A DNA stretch of 64,000 nt from an uncultured Chitinophagaceae bacterium (GCA_964636205.1 CAZWPF010000001.1:21260-85259); one strand, 5' to 3'. Counted from the stretch's first letter, positions 47,957-58,371 are shown. A program made the numbers and translations. Notes: a model not told the origin generated them from the sequence alone.

Positions 47957-50170
47957 ATGCAAACTAAATCCATTCTTTTCTTGATGCCGCTGGGGGCTCT
48001 CCTTTCTCTGAGTGCAACAGCGCAAAATTCAGACACAATTGGTATAGCCAAAGAGCGCTACGAACTTCAACCGGTAGAGGTGCGCGCGTTACGGGCCGGA
48101 AGCAAATCACCATTCGCCAAATCAGAAGTCGATGGTAAGGAAATCGAAAGGCTTAATCAGGGACAGGATCTGCCCTATTTACTTCAATATACTCCATCTG
48201 CAGTTACTACCTCCGACGCCGGCGCCGGTATAGGTTATACCGGCCTCCGAATCAGAGGTACCGACGGGAGTCGTATCAATGTTACTCTTAACGGTATTCC
48301 CGTAAATGACGCTGAGTCTCAAGGTGTGTTTTTTGTCAATACGCCCGACTTGGCTTCTTCGACCGGATCTATTCAGGTGCAAAGAGGTGTAGGTACATCC
48401 ACCAACGGAGTGGGGGCTTTTGGTGCCGCCATTAGCGTCAATAACCTTCAACAAATGGATAGGGCCGGAGCCGAGGCAAACCTAGGCATCGGTTCGTTCA
48501 ATACGCAAAGGGTGACCGTGAAGGCTGGTACGGGTTTAATGAAAAACGGACTGCAGTTCGACGTGAGGATGTCTAAACTTAGCTCCGATGGATTTATCGA
48601 ACGATCTGCAAGCGATCTGAAATCCCTACAGTTCCTGGCCGGATGGAAGGCAAGCGAAAAAACTACTTTCAGATTTATGTTGCTGACCGGTGCCGAAAAA
48701 ACGGGACAGGCATGGAATGGAGTGCCGCAAGATTCACTTGGCACCAATCGCAGGTTTAATGAGCTGGGTTTAAAATCGGATGGTACCTACTACGATAATC
48801 AAACAGATAATTATCAACAGGACTATTATCAATTTTTTGCAGACCATAAATTCAACAAGAATATCACAGGGCATGTCGGGCTGTTCCTGACAAGAGGCAG
48901 GGGGTATTATCAGGAATATCGGATGGGTGAGTCCTTTTCCGATTACTATCTGCCCGATTTTACAACAGCTGCTGGTGATACAATAACCGAAACTGATTTG
49001 ATTCGGCAACTCTGGCTGGATAACAAGTACTATGGGTCTGTATTCTCTATTATGTATGAGAAGAACAAAACAGCGCTAACATTAGGTGGTAGCATAGCAC
49101 GATACGAAGGTGCGCACTATGGTTTTGTAAAATGGGCATCTCTCGGCGTGCCGGCAGATCATAAATGGTACGATCTGGGCGCTAATAAAAACGATGTAGC
49201 TATTTATGCCAAAGCCCAGCAGCAATTGGGAGACAACTTAGTTTTATTCGGTGATCTGCAATATCGAATGGTAGATTATGATCTGGACGGCTTCAGGAAA
49301 AATCCCACGATTCACCAGCAAGCTATATACAACTTTGTAAACCCAAAGGCAGGACTTAGTTATTTTATTCGTGATAATGCACTAAATAGACAGCGTGTAT
49401 ATGCTTCGTTTGCTGTAGCCAATAAAGAGCCGAACCGGGACGATTTTGAGAGTGCCGCACAGCTACAACCGAAACCTGAGCAGTTGCTCGACTATGAGTT
49501 GGGTTACGAAATCGCAAAGCCTAAATGGAATATGGCGGCGAATTTATACTACATGGACTATCACAATCAACTCATTCTCACCGGTCAGATCAACGATGTC
49601 GGAGCTTATACTCGAACCAATGTCGCTAATAGCTATAGGACGGGTGTGGAATTACAAGCGGGTTGGCAAATTAGTCCGTGGATCGGCCTGAAAGGGAATG
49701 CAACTTTATCCCAAAACAAGTTGCTTGATTTTGTAGAATATATGGATGACTATGACGAAGGAATTCAACAGGAGATTTATCATGGCAAAACCGATATCGC
49801 TTTTTCGCCAAATCTGGTGGGTACCGGTATCATCAGTTTTACCCCTTTCAAAAATTTGTCGAAGGGACAGAGCTTTGGATTGGATCTGTTTGGGAAATTT
49901 GTGGGTAAGCAGTTTTTAGATAATAGTAGCAGCGGCGACAGGGTGCTCGACCCCTATGCGCTCTGCGATATCAGAATTCATTACGGAATCAAGGCTTTGC
50001 CTTTCCGGGAAGTATTGCTCACACTCGCAGTCAATAATGTATTAAACAAGCAATACGAAAGCAATGGCTATACCTTCAGTTATATCTACGGAGGGGAACG
50101 CTCTACATACAACTATTATTTCCCACAAGCAGGAACAAACTGGCTGCTGGGTTTACAATTCAAATGGTAA
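47957..50170 (+). CDS. TonB-dependent outer-membrane receptor (thiamine-related by riboswitch context)
   Basis: Signal peptide, plug domain (DLPYLLQYTPSAVTTSDAGAGIGYTGLRIRG...INVTLNGIPVND) and a 22-strand-size barrel ending LLGLQFKW. Confidence 0.9.
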   Translation: MQTKSILFLMPLGALLSLSATAQNSDTIGIAKERYELQPVEVRALRAGSKSPFAKSEVDGKEIERLNQGQDLPYLLQYTPSAVTTSDAGAGIGYTGLRIRGTDGSRINVTLNGIPVNDAESQGVFFVNTPDLASSTGSIQVQRGVGTSTNGVGAFGAAISVNNLQQMDRAGAEANLGIGSFNTQRVTVKAGTGLMKNGLQFDVRMSKLSSDGFIERSASDLKSLQFLAGWKASEKTTFRFMLLTGAEKTGQAWNGVPQDSLGTNRRFNELGLKSDGTYYDNQTDNYQQDYYQFFADHKFNKNITGHVGLFLTRGRGYYQEYRMGESFSDYYLPDFTTAAGDTITETDLIRQLWLDNKYYGSVFSIMYEKNKTALTLGGSIARYEGAHYGFVKWASLGVPADHKWYDLGANKNDVAIYAKAQQQLGDNLVLFGDLQYRMVDYDLDGFRKNPTIHQQAIYNFVNPKAGLSYFIRDNALNRQRVYASFAVANKEPNRDDFESAAQLQPKPEQLLDYELGYEIAKPKWNMAANLYYMDYHNQLILTGQINDVGAYTRTNVANSYRTGVELQAGWQISPWIGLKGNATLSQNKLLDFVEYMDDYDEGIQQEIYHGKTDIAFSPNLVGTGIISFTPFKNLSKGQSFGLDLFGKFVGKQFLDNSSSGDRVLDPYALCDIRIHYGIKALPFREVLLTLAVNNVLNKQYESNGYTFSYIYGGERSTYNYYFPQAGTNWLLGLQFKW

Positions 50171-50284
50171 TATGTCTTTTGGCGACGGGAAATTGCAGGG
50201 TTAATACGAATCTTAATTCCTCTCTTACTATGGAGTCAAAATGGTTAGCTAATCAGACAGCTTAGAACGGTAAGCAGAATAATG

Positions 50285-50315
50285 GAGCGGGGACATACCC
50301 GCTCTATTTCTTTTT
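50285..50315. terminator. Hairpin terminator between the convergent receptor and helicase genes
   Basis: GAGCGGG-GACATA-CCCGCTC followed by TATTTCTTTTT on the plus strand. It overlaps the helicase stop codon. Confidence 0.5.
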
Positions 50316-51512
50316 AGCAGAACCTGATTTTTTAAAGGGCTTGCGGTGTCGCGAGCGCTCATTTCTCGGTTGATATTCCGGAGCCGGACCAAAGCCCGAA
50401 GGCAAAGGAAGTTTTTCAATTGTCCGATCAATCATCTTTTCAATTCGTTGAAATCTGGATTGATCTTTCTGATTGATAAAGCTAAACGCAGTGCCGGTCC
50501 GTTCCGCTCTGGCAGTTCTGCCGATCCTATGCACATAATCTTCAGGATCCGGTGGAATGTCATAGTTCAACACCATTTCGATATTCTCTACATCTATACC
50601 TCGCGACAAAACATCTGTACCCACCAGGATCGGCAATTTCCGACTTTTAAAAGACTGCATGATGGCTTCCCGTTGCTCTTGCTCCAAGTCAGAATGGAAA
50701 CCCTTGGTTTGTATACCCGATTTAAGCAGCTGTGTTTCGAGGAGCTTCACTTTCACCTTGGTGGACGCAAAGATGATTGCAGATGAATAATTGCCTTCTT
50801 TGAGCAGATGCAATAAGAGCTCAGGCTTTTGTTCTTCATGAACTACAAATGCGAATTGCTGTACGCCGCTGGCAGGTTTTGATACTGCTATATTGATTTG
50901 CTCCGGTTGCCGCATCATTTTTTCGGTGAGCATGCGGATTTTTGGAGGCATCGTTGCACTAAAGCATAAAGTTTGTCGGTCGACCGGCAAGGCTGAGACA
51001 ATTCGCATGATATCATCGTAAAAACCCATGTCCATCATCCGATCGGCTTCATCCAATACCAAATGGCGAATGGAGGAAAAGTCGATACCGCCCATTTGCA
51101 TTTGAGCGATGAGCCTGCCAGGAGTGGCAATAATAATATCAGCACCTCCCAGCAATGCTTTTTTCTGCTGTATCCAAGTGTCGCCGCTGCCTCCTCCGTA
51201 AACGGCAATGGAGCTGATGTTTACGAAATAACTGATCGCCTCAATCTGTTGGTCGATTTGGATCGCCAATTCGCGAGAGGGAACAACTATCAAAGTACTT
51301 GTTCCCGTTTGGTTACTTTCTAAAATTTTCTGCAACAAGGGCAATACAAATGCTGCCGTTTTTCCGGTGCCGGTCTGGGCGCAAGCAATCAGGTCACGAC
51401 CTGAAAGTATAATTGGGATTGCTTTTTCCTGAATGGGAGTAGGCGATCGGAACCCGATGGCGTCAATACCATCCAGTAGATCATCATCGAGTTCGAAGTC
51501 GTCAAATGTCAA
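50304..51512 (-). CDS. DEAD-box ATP-dependent RNA helicase
   Basis: Q-motif region (GFRSPTPIQEKAIP), AQTGTGKT, PSRELA, LVLDEADRM, SAT and HRIGRTARA. Basic C-terminal tail. TTG start. Confidence 0.9.
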   Translation of the reverse strand: MTFDDFELDDDLLDGIDAIGFRSPTPIQEKAIPIILSGRDLIACAQTGTGKTAAFVLPLLQKILESNQTGTSTLIVVPSRELAIQIDQQIEAISYFVNISSIAVYGGGSGDTWIQQKKALLGGADIIIATPGRLIAQMQMGGIDFSSIRHLVLDEADRMMDMGFYDDIMRIVSALPVDRQTLCFSATMPPKIRMLTEKMMRQPEQINIAVSKPASGVQQFAFVVHEEQKPELLLHLLKEGNYSSAIIFASTKVKVKLLETQLLKSGIQTKGFHSDLEQEQREAIMQSFKSRKLPILVGTDVLSRGIDVENIEMVLNYDIPPDPEDYVHRIGRTARAERTGTAFSFINQKDQSRFQRIEKMIDRTIEKLPLPSGFGPAPEYQPRNERSRHRKPFKKSGSAKKK

Positions 51513-51559
51513 ATTGAAGTTGGTTTTATTAATATTTAATTATTAAGCCCGTAAAGGAA

Positions 51560-52684
51560 TTAGTAGGTAATAACCTGTTGTTCGATCATTTCGGGCATTT
51601 CGCGAAACTCATACTGCTGGTTGCGCAATTGAGGTTCAAAGCCTGCTTCCCGGATAGCCTGTTGTATTCCATCAGCGGTAAATCGGTGAGGAGCACCCGC
51701 GGCACTCACTACATTTTCTTCGATCATAATAGAGCCAAAATCGTTGGCACCGGCATGAAGGCACAATTGAGCAACATCTTTTCCTACAGTCAGCCAGGAT
51801 GCCTGGATATTTTTGATATTGGGCAGCATGATGCGACAAAGCGCGATCATCCGAATATATTCTTCAGGCGTTGTAAGGTTTTGCGTGCCGCGGATTCGAC
51901 GGAGTAGGGTATCCACATCCTGGAATGTCCAAGGGATAAAAGCTACAAATCCTTTGCCGCCTTCGGGTTTCCTTGCTTGTACCTCTCTGATTTTTACAAG
52001 ATGGTCGAATCGCTCTTCAATTGTCTCCACGTGTCCAAACATCATCGTTGCAGAGGTAGTGAGTCCGACCTGGTGCGCTACTTCCATAATATCGAGCCAT
52101 TCTTTAGCGCTGCATTTTCCCTTTGATATCAATCTTCTTACGCGGTCATTCAATATTTCTGCTCCCGGACCAGGCATACTGTCCATTCCCGCTTCTTTCA
52201 GTGCGATCAGGGCCTCTTTATGACTCACACCCGATACTTTGCAGATATGAGCAATCTCGGGTGGACCTAAAGCATGTAATTTCAGATTCGGATATAATTC
52301 CTTGAGTTGACGAAACAGGTCGGTATAATAATCCAGACCTAATTCCGGGTGGTGGCCACCTTGTAGCAATAATTGCTCCCCACCATATCTGAAGGTTTCT
52401 TCGATTTTCTCTTTATAAGTTTCAATATCGGTGATATATGCTTCAGGATGACCGGGAATGCGGTAAAAATTGCAAAACTTGCAATTCGCAACACAGACAT
52501 TGGTAGTGTTCATATTGCGGTCGATGATCCAGGTAACCTTGCCATGGGGGACCTGGATTTTACGCAATTCGTTTGCTATATACATGAGCTCCGAAAGCGG
52601 GGCATTTTCAAATAAGTATACCCCTTCTTCCACACTCAGAAAATCAAAATCTAAAGCACGGCGGTATAGTTCCGATAATTGCAT
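51560..52684 (-). CDS. Radical SAM enzyme of the CofH/MqnC/MqnE family (futalosine-route menaquinone biosynthesis)
   Basis: NTTNVCVANCKFCNFYR (CxxxCxxC) and GGEQLLLQGGHHPELGLDYY, with GAEILND and MMFGHVE motifs typical of MqnC/MqnE. I cannot separate MqnC from MqnE by eye. Confidence 0.7.
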   Translation of the reverse strand: MQLSELYRRALDFDFLSVEEGVYLFENAPLSELMYIANELRKIQVPHGKVTWIIDRNMNTTNVCVANCKFCNFYRIPGHPEAYITDIETYKEKIEETFRYGGEQLLLQGGHHPELGLDYYTDLFRQLKELYPNLKLHALGPPEIAHICKVSGVSHKEALIALKEAGMDSMPGPGAEILNDRVRRLISKGKCSAKEWLDIMEVAHQVGLTTSATMMFGHVETIEERFDHLVKIREVQARKPEGGKGFVAFIPWTFQDVDTLLRRIRGTQNLTTPEEYIRMIALCRIMLPNIKNIQASWLTVGKDVAQLCLHAGANDFGSIMIEENVVSAAGAPHRFTADGIQQAIREAGFEPQLRNQQYEFREMPEMIEQQVITY

Positions 52685-52704
52685 GTTGTTGGATTAACAG
52701 ACAA

Positions 52705-52712
52705 CAAAATTA
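52705..52712 (-). promoter_or_regulatory. -7 promoter box (TAATTTTG on the minus strand)
   Basis: The plus strand reads CAAAATTA, 20 nt upstream of the ATG at 52684. Confidence 0.4.
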
Positions 52713-52830
52713 CAATAAAAGCAGCGGGAATGGCGGATTAATAAGTTAAATCTTATATTGATGACGAGTAGGATATGCCTATAGTCTTATTTGATGAACT
52801 TTGGCGCCGCTAGGTTCTGCCTAGACGGAA

Positions 52831-54375
52831 TTAACCGGCCCAGCCTTCTCTATCCAAACTACGGTATTGAATAGCTTCTGCCAGGAATTCCGGACGAATC
52901 TCAGATTGATTATGTAAATCGGCGATGGTTCGGGCGACTTTCAAAATTCGATCATAAGCTCTTGCGGATAAATTCAGTTTTTCCATTGCCGTTTTTAACA
53001 GCGCTTGGCCGCCCGGGTCTATTAAACAATATTTTTTGAGCATTCGGCTGGTCATTTGTGCGTTGTTGTATATACCCGGGTATTGCTGAAAGCGTTCCGA
53101 CTGGATTGCTCTGGCTTGGATGACGCGTTCTCTGATTGCTGCACTGGTTTCGGATCTTGCCGGCCCGGAAAGTTCCTGAAATGCAACCGGCGTTACTTCT
53201 ACATGCAGGTCTATACGGTCGAGTAAAGGCCCGGATATTTTGTTGAAATATCTATGCACCATCGGTGGGGTGCAACTGCAATCTTTATCAGGATGATTGT
53301 AAAAACCGCAGGGACAGGGGTTCATCGATGCAATCAACATAAAAGCAGCGGGAAAGTCTAAACTTATTCTTGCTCGGGAAATAGATACCCTCCGTTCTTC
53401 TATAGGTTGACGCATCACTTCTAATACAGTGCGTTTAAATTCCGGCAACTCATCCAAAAAGAGCACGCCGTTATGCGATAAAGAGATTTCTCCCGGTTGC
53501 GGATGTGCTCCCCCTCCTACCAATGCTACATCGCTAATTGTATGATGAGGGGAACGAAAAGGGCGTTGAGCAATCAAAGATGTATTTGCAGGCATCTTTC
53601 CGGCGACAGAGTATATTTTTGTTGTTTCTAAAGCTTCCTGCATGCTGAGGGGCGGAAGGATCGTCGGCAGCCTTCGGGCCAGCATAGTTTTCCCCGCCCC
53701 CGGTGGGCCAATTAATATCGCATTATGTCCACCGGCTGCAGCAATCTCCAGTGCTCGCTTTACATGCTCCTGACCGCGTACATCGCTGAAATCAATTTCT
53801 GAATTTCCTTGTGCATCCATAAACAAAGTTTCAGCATCTACTGAAATAGATGGAGGGGTAGTGTCTCCGTTGAAGAAGGATATTGCTTCTGTAATATGCT
53901 TAAACCCATAGATTTCCAATCCGTCAACCAATGCAGCCTCTTGGGCATTTTCGATGGGGACTACCATCCCTTTGAATGATTCTGCCCTGGCTTGTAAAGC
54001 CATAGGCAACGCACCTTTCACCGGCTTTAAGGTTCCGTCTAAAGACAGCTCTCCCATGATCACAAAGGAGGACAATAATTCTGATTTCATCTGGTGAGTT
54101 GCAGCCAGCATGCCCAGTGCAATCGGGAGATCATAGGCAGAACCTTCCTTGCGGATATCGGCCGGGGCCATATTGATCAGGATTTTATGTCGAGGTCTTG
54201 TATAACCATTGTTTCTGATCGCAGAAATGATACGATCTGTACTCTCTTTAACCGCATTATCGGGGAGTCCGACAATGAAATAACCAACCTTGCTCCCCGG
54301 CTGGGAATCTACTTCCATTGTAATCGTTAGCGCATCCACACCATAAACCGCACTTCCGTAAACTTTGACTACCAT
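52831..54375 (-). CDS. comM: YifB/ComM-family Mg-chelatase-like AAA+ ATPase
   Basis: MVVKVYGSAVYGVDA start, Lon-protease-like N-domain, GPPGAGKTMLARR, LFLDELPEF and a C-terminal ChlI-like region. I chose the start at M13 of the ORF-track protein because a -7 box overlaps the longer start. Confidence 0.9.
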   Translation of the reverse strand: MVVKVYGSAVYGVDALTITMEVDSQPGSKVGYFIVGLPDNAVKESTDRIISAIRNNGYTRPRHKILINMAPADIRKEGSAYDLPIALGMLAATHQMKSELLSSFVIMGELSLDGTLKPVKGALPMALQARAESFKGMVVPIENAQEAALVDGLEIYGFKHITEAISFFNGDTTPPSISVDAETLFMDAQGNSEIDFSDVRGQEHVKRALEIAAAGGHNAILIGPPGAGKTMLARRLPTILPPLSMQEALETTKIYSVAGKMPANTSLIAQRPFRSPHHTISDVALVGGGAHPQPGEISLSHNGVLFLDELPEFKRTVLEVMRQPIEERRVSISRARISLDFPAAFMLIASMNPCPCGFYNHPDKDCSCTPPMVHRYFNKISGPLLDRIDLHVEVTPVAFQELSGPARSETSAAIRERVIQARAIQSERFQQYPGIYNNAQMTSRMLKKYCLIDPGGQALLKTAMEKLNLSARAYDRILKVARTIADLHNQSEIRPEFLAEAIQYRSLDREGWAG

Positions 54376-54404
54376 CTTTGATCGCAGTTTGTTAGAATTC
54401 TTCA

Positions 54405-54412
54405 CAAACATA
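54405..54412 (-). promoter_or_regulatory. -7 promoter box (TATGTTTG on the minus strand)
   Basis: The plus strand reads CAAACATA, 29 nt upstream of the ATG at 54375. Confidence 0.4.
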
Positions 54413-54561
54413 ACATATAACTCACTAAATCAATAATATATAATTGATACATTGATTTATGTAATGATAGTTTCTTGTTTTTATACTAAATCTTTTTGAT
54501 GTTTTCCTGAGTTTCTTCCGGCAAGCTTTAATATTGCATCTGAACTTCTTAATCTGATATT

Positions 54562-56298
54562 ATGTTGTCAACTACTCCTATACAGCCACTTTCACGCAAG
54601 TATTTGTCCGAAGATTTTAAGATTGAGAATTGGGAAGTGTTGCAACCTTATTTTGAGGAATTGGCAACAAGGCCTTTAGATAGTTTATCTGCTCTTCATA
54701 GATGGTTGCAGGATCTCAGCGAATTGGAGTCTGTAATTCAAGAGGAGGGTTCCTGGCGCCAGATTCAACTCACCCGTAACACTTCTGATGCTACATTAAG
54801 GGAATCCTTTGAATACTTTATCACCCAAATAGAGCCCAACATAAAGCCATATGCATTTAAGCTGAATCAGAAATTATTGGACTGTCCTTTTGTTGACTTA
54901 TTAGACGAGGCGCAGTTCATGCCTTATATCAGGGCAGTTCGAAATTCTGTTTCCTTATTTCACGAAGATAATATTGCACTGGAAGCAAAGTTGTCTCTGC
55001 TGGCTCAGCAATATGGAGCAATCGTAGGAGCTATGTCGGTAGAGGTAGACGGCAGGGTCTATACATTACAGCTGGCTGGCAAATTGTTACAGAGTCCTGT
55101 TAGAGCAGTGCGGGAGCGAATCTTTAAGGCAATTGCGGATCGTCGTCTGGAGGATGCTGAAACCTTGGATACATTGTTCGATGAAATGCTGAGTTTACGC
55201 CAGCAAGTCGCGCGCAACGCAGGTTTTGATAATTACCGTGACTATAAATTCAGGGAGTTGGGTCGTTTTGACTATACGCCCGCAGATTGTGTGGCATTTC
55301 ATGAGTCCGTTCGTCAGTACATTCTCCCCATCCAGGAGGAATTGTTGCAGCTTCGCAAGGCTCGACTGCAATTGGAGGCTTTAAAGCCATGGGATACCGA
55401 AGCGGAGCCGGAGGGTTTTGCACCTTTGCAGCCATATAGCACAACGGATGAGCTTATCGCAAAATCCATAGAGGTATTTCATAGCTTGAATCCTTATTTC
55501 GCTTATTGTTTGGAGACGATGCGAGATATGGGACGTTTTGATCTCGACAGCCGCCCGGCAAAAGCCCCGGGAGGGTATAACTGTCCATTAGCGGAATCCG
55601 GAGTGCCTTTTATTTTTATGAATGCTGCCGGGACTCTAAGTGATCTTATTACGATGATGCATGAGGGCGGACACGCGGTCCATTCTTTTTTATCGCATAA
55701 TTTGCCATTAAACGCTTTTAAAAACTATCCAATGGAGATGGCTGAATTGGCCAGTATGAGTATGGAATTGTTTTCGATGGATCATTGGGATGTATTTTTC
55801 AAAGAGGAATCAGAGCTAAAGAGAGCAAAGTTGGAACAGCTAGAGCGAGTGATTTCTGTTTTGCCTTGGATTGCCACTATTGATAAATTCCAGCATTGGC
55901 TGTACACGCATCCGGGGCATACAGTGGCGGAACGAAAAGAGGTCTGGGTAAATATTCTGAGTGAATTCACTCCGGATTCAGTGGATTGGTCTGAACAGGA
56001 AATTTACCGTTCATACTATTGGCAAAAGCAACTCCATTTGTACGAGGTGCCGTTTTATTATATCGAATATGGGATAGCTCAGTTGGGGGCAGTTGCGATG
56101 TGGCGAGGGTTTCAGCAGGATCGCGATCAGACTTTGGTAAGGTGTGCGAAAGCCTTGGCGCTGGGTTATACCAAACCGCTCAAACAATTGTATGCTACTG
56201 CCGGAATTAGTTTCGAATTTAACGATGCATACATTCGTTCTATTGGAGATTTCTTGAAGCATCAGATCCGTGCCTTAGTCGGAGTTTCGACCCATTAA
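54562..56298 (+). CDS. M3-family oligoendopeptidase (PepF-like)
   Basis: 578 aa with the zinc motif HEGGHAVH and a downstream E ligand context (EMAELASMSME). Confidence 0.85.
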   Translation: MLSTTPIQPLSRKYLSEDFKIENWEVLQPYFEELATRPLDSLSALHRWLQDLSELESVIQEEGSWRQIQLTRNTSDATLRESFEYFITQIEPNIKPYAFKLNQKLLDCPFVDLLDEAQFMPYIRAVRNSVSLFHEDNIALEAKLSLLAQQYGAIVGAMSVEVDGRVYTLQLAGKLLQSPVRAVRERIFKAIADRRLEDAETLDTLFDEMLSLRQQVARNAGFDNYRDYKFRELGRFDYTPADCVAFHESVRQYILPIQEELLQLRKARLQLEALKPWDTEAEPEGFAPLQPYSTTDELIAKSIEVFHSLNPYFAYCLETMRDMGRFDLDSRPAKAPGGYNCPLAESGVPFIFMNAAGTLSDLITMMHEGGHAVHSFLSHNLPLNAFKNYPMEMAELASMSMELFSMDHWDVFFKEESELKRAKLEQLERVISVLPWIATIDKFQHWLYTHPGHTVAERKEVWVNILSEFTPDSVDWSEQEIYRSYYWQKQLHLYEVPFYYIEYGIAQLGAVAMWRGFQQDRDQTLVRCAKALALGYTKPLKQLYATAGISFEFNDAYIRSIGDFLKHQIRALVGVSTH

Positions 56299-57008
56299 GG
56301 AAACAAGGTCTCCGCAAGTTTGAGGCTCTCCGGTTTGCCGGCATCAACAAACAAATCACCAGTGTGTTGATATCCTTTGATTGTTTCTGTGGATGCCAGA
56401 TGCAGGTAGAGATCGATAAGCGAGAACTTCCCGGTAAAGGGCATATTCCAGATGCCCGGTGTTAATATTTGTATGCCGCTAAATGCAAACGGCTGCAACT
56501 GCTGGTCATTAATAAGTATTTTGACTTGTCCGGTCTGGTTGTTTTTCCAGCCTCCTAATGTCATGGACTCATCAAATAGCAGATTTCGGGAGGAGCTGCG
56601 ATTCATGACCGCAAGTGTGGCGATGGGAAGGTGCTGTCTGTGAAAATCCAACATAGCGTTGAGGTTAAGATCGGTGAGCACATCGGTATTCATTACTATG
56701 AATTCCGAGCACCCCTCAAAAAACCATTTTGCATGTAATAGCCCCCCGCCGGTTTCCAGAACTTCATGCCGCTCGTCGGAGATCGTTACATTGCTTCCGA
56801 ATCCGTTATAAGTTTTTATCTCCGATTCAATTTGGTCGGCGAAATGATGCACATTTACGATTACATCTCTGATACCAAATCTTTGCAGGTAACGGATATT
56901 GTGCTCCAGCAAAGTGCGGCCGTTGACTGTAGCCAAAGCTTTTGGATGTTTATCTGTAAAAGGTTTTAATCGGGTGCCGAAACCGGCAGCCAGCAACATT
57001 GCTTTCAT
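56295..57008 (-). CDS. Sugar-1-phosphate nucleotidyltransferase (MurU/GlmU-N-like)
   Basis: MKAMLLAAGFGTRLKPFTDKHPKAL (G-x-G-T-R-L signature). 237 aa, single domain. Confidence 0.75.
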   Translation of the reverse strand: MKAMLLAAGFGTRLKPFTDKHPKALATVNGRTLLEHNIRYLQRFGIRDVIVNVHHFADQIESEIKTYNGFGSNVTISDERHEVLETGGGLLHAKWFFEGCSEFIVMNTDVLTDLNLNAMLDFHRQHLPIATLAVMNRSSSRNLLFDESMTLGGWKNNQTGQVKILINDQQLQPFAFSGIQILTPGIWNMPFTGKFSLIDLYLHLASTETIKGYQHTGDLFVDAGKPESLKLAETLFP

Positions 57009-57191
57009 GATAAAGTATTAGAGGATGCTAAGTTGGTAAAAACTACAGAGATTCAAGTGAATTAATTCTGGTGATCGGAAAATTCTAAAAATCAGCTTTG
57101 GGGCTGAGTAGAATGTCGGTATCTTGTTAACCGGAGTGATTTAAAGCGACTAATGATTTTTTTGGGATAATTTTTTTCCAAACCAAGCGAT

Positions 57192-57199
57192 TACCTTTG
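57192..57199 (+). promoter_or_regulatory. -7 promoter box (TACCTTTG)
   Basis: Exact TAnnTTTG, 17 nt upstream of the ATG at 57217. Confidence 0.5.
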
Positions 57200-57216
57200 C
57201 TACAAAATTTCAGAAT

Positions 57217-58143
57217 ATGTCATTAATGGTAGTTGGCACAATGGCCTTCGATGCTCTTGAGACTCCTTTTGGGAAGGTAGATCGTATCGTGGGTGGTTCA
57301 GCAACTTATGTAGCTTGGGCGGCAACTAATTTTTGTCAGCCTGTAAGACAGGTATCGATCATCGGAGGTGATTTCCCGGAAGCAGAAATCGAATCATTGC
57401 GTCAGCGAGGCGTTGATTTCGATGGTGTGGAAGTGATCCAGGATGGAAAAAGCTTTTTCTGGAGTGGTCGTTACCATATGGATATGAATGCCAGAGATAC
57501 GCTAGTTACTGAATTAAACGTGTTGGCTCAGTTTAACCCTAAATTGCCGGAGAGCTATCAGGACTGCGAATATTTGATGCTCGGGAATCTTTCTCCAGCC
57601 GTTCAGATGAGTGTTATCAAGCAATTGAAAAACCGTCCGAAGTTGGTGGCAATGGATACGATGAATTTCTGGATGGAAACTGCGATGGACGAGCTAAAGG
57701 AGGTGCTGAAACATGTCGACGTGCTTTTGATCAATGACAGTGAGGCAAGACAGTTGAGCGGTGAATATTCCTTGGTGCGAGCTGCTATGAAGATCCGTGA
57801 AATGGGTCCGCAGTTTCTGGTAATCAAGAAAGGTGAGCATGGGGCATTGTTGTTCCATGGGGCTAAAGTGTTTTACGCTCCGGCTCTGCCATTAGAAGAA
57901 GTATTCGATCCAACGGGGGCTGGTGATACCTTCGCCGGTGGATTTATAGGCCATATTGCCAGAACAAAAGACATTTCTTTCGAGAATATGAAGACCGGTA
58001 TCATCATGGGCTCGGCAATGGCGTCGTTCTGCGTCGAAAAATTTGGTCCTACCAGACTGCAACAGCTGACGAGCGATGAGATCGAACAACGCATCGGCGA
58101 GTTTGTGGAGTTGGTTAATTTCGATATTGATTTGGTGCATTAA
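57217..58143 (+). CDS. PfkB-family carbohydrate/nucleoside kinase
   Basis: GGSATY near the N-terminus and the DPTGAGDTFAGGF anion-hole motif near the C-terminus. Confidence 0.85.
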   Translation: MSLMVVGTMAFDALETPFGKVDRIVGGSATYVAWAATNFCQPVRQVSIIGGDFPEAEIESLRQRGVDFDGVEVIQDGKSFFWSGRYHMDMNARDTLVTELNVLAQFNPKLPESYQDCEYLMLGNLSPAVQMSVIKQLKNRPKLVAMDTMNFWMETAMDELKEVLKHVDVLLINDSEARQLSGEYSLVRAAMKIREMGPQFLVIKKGEHGALLFHGAKVFYAPALPLEEVFDPTGAGDTFAGGFIGHIARTKDISFENMKTGIIMGSAMASFCVEKFGPTRLQQLTSDEIEQRIGEFVELVNFDIDLVH

Positions 58144-58168
58144 TTTGGGAGGGTAATGCATTCAAAAG

Positions 58169-58208
58169 AGCATAAACACGAAAATAGGTTCGTGTTTATG
58201 CTTTTGAT
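58169..58208 (+). terminator. Rho-independent terminator
   Basis: Perfect 14-bp stem AGCATAAACACGAA / TTCGTGTTTATGCT, loop AATAGG, then TTTTG. Confidence 0.8.
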
Positions 58209-58272
58209 AAAATACTAATTTGCTCAATCAGATATTTGGGAGAAGTCGGTTTGGCTAATAATTAGTGTTTTA

Positions 58273-58280
58273 TATATTTG
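58273..58280 (+). promoter_or_regulatory. -7 promoter box (TATATTTG)
   Basis: TAnnTTTG match about 90 nt upstream of the ATG at 58372. Confidence 0.35.
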
Positions 58281-58371
58281 GCAACGACAATTTGATTACA
58301 CTTGTATATATATTGTTCGTTGTGTATATTTCGGTGGGACAAAATTGCATTTTCATATTAAAGGAGAGGAT

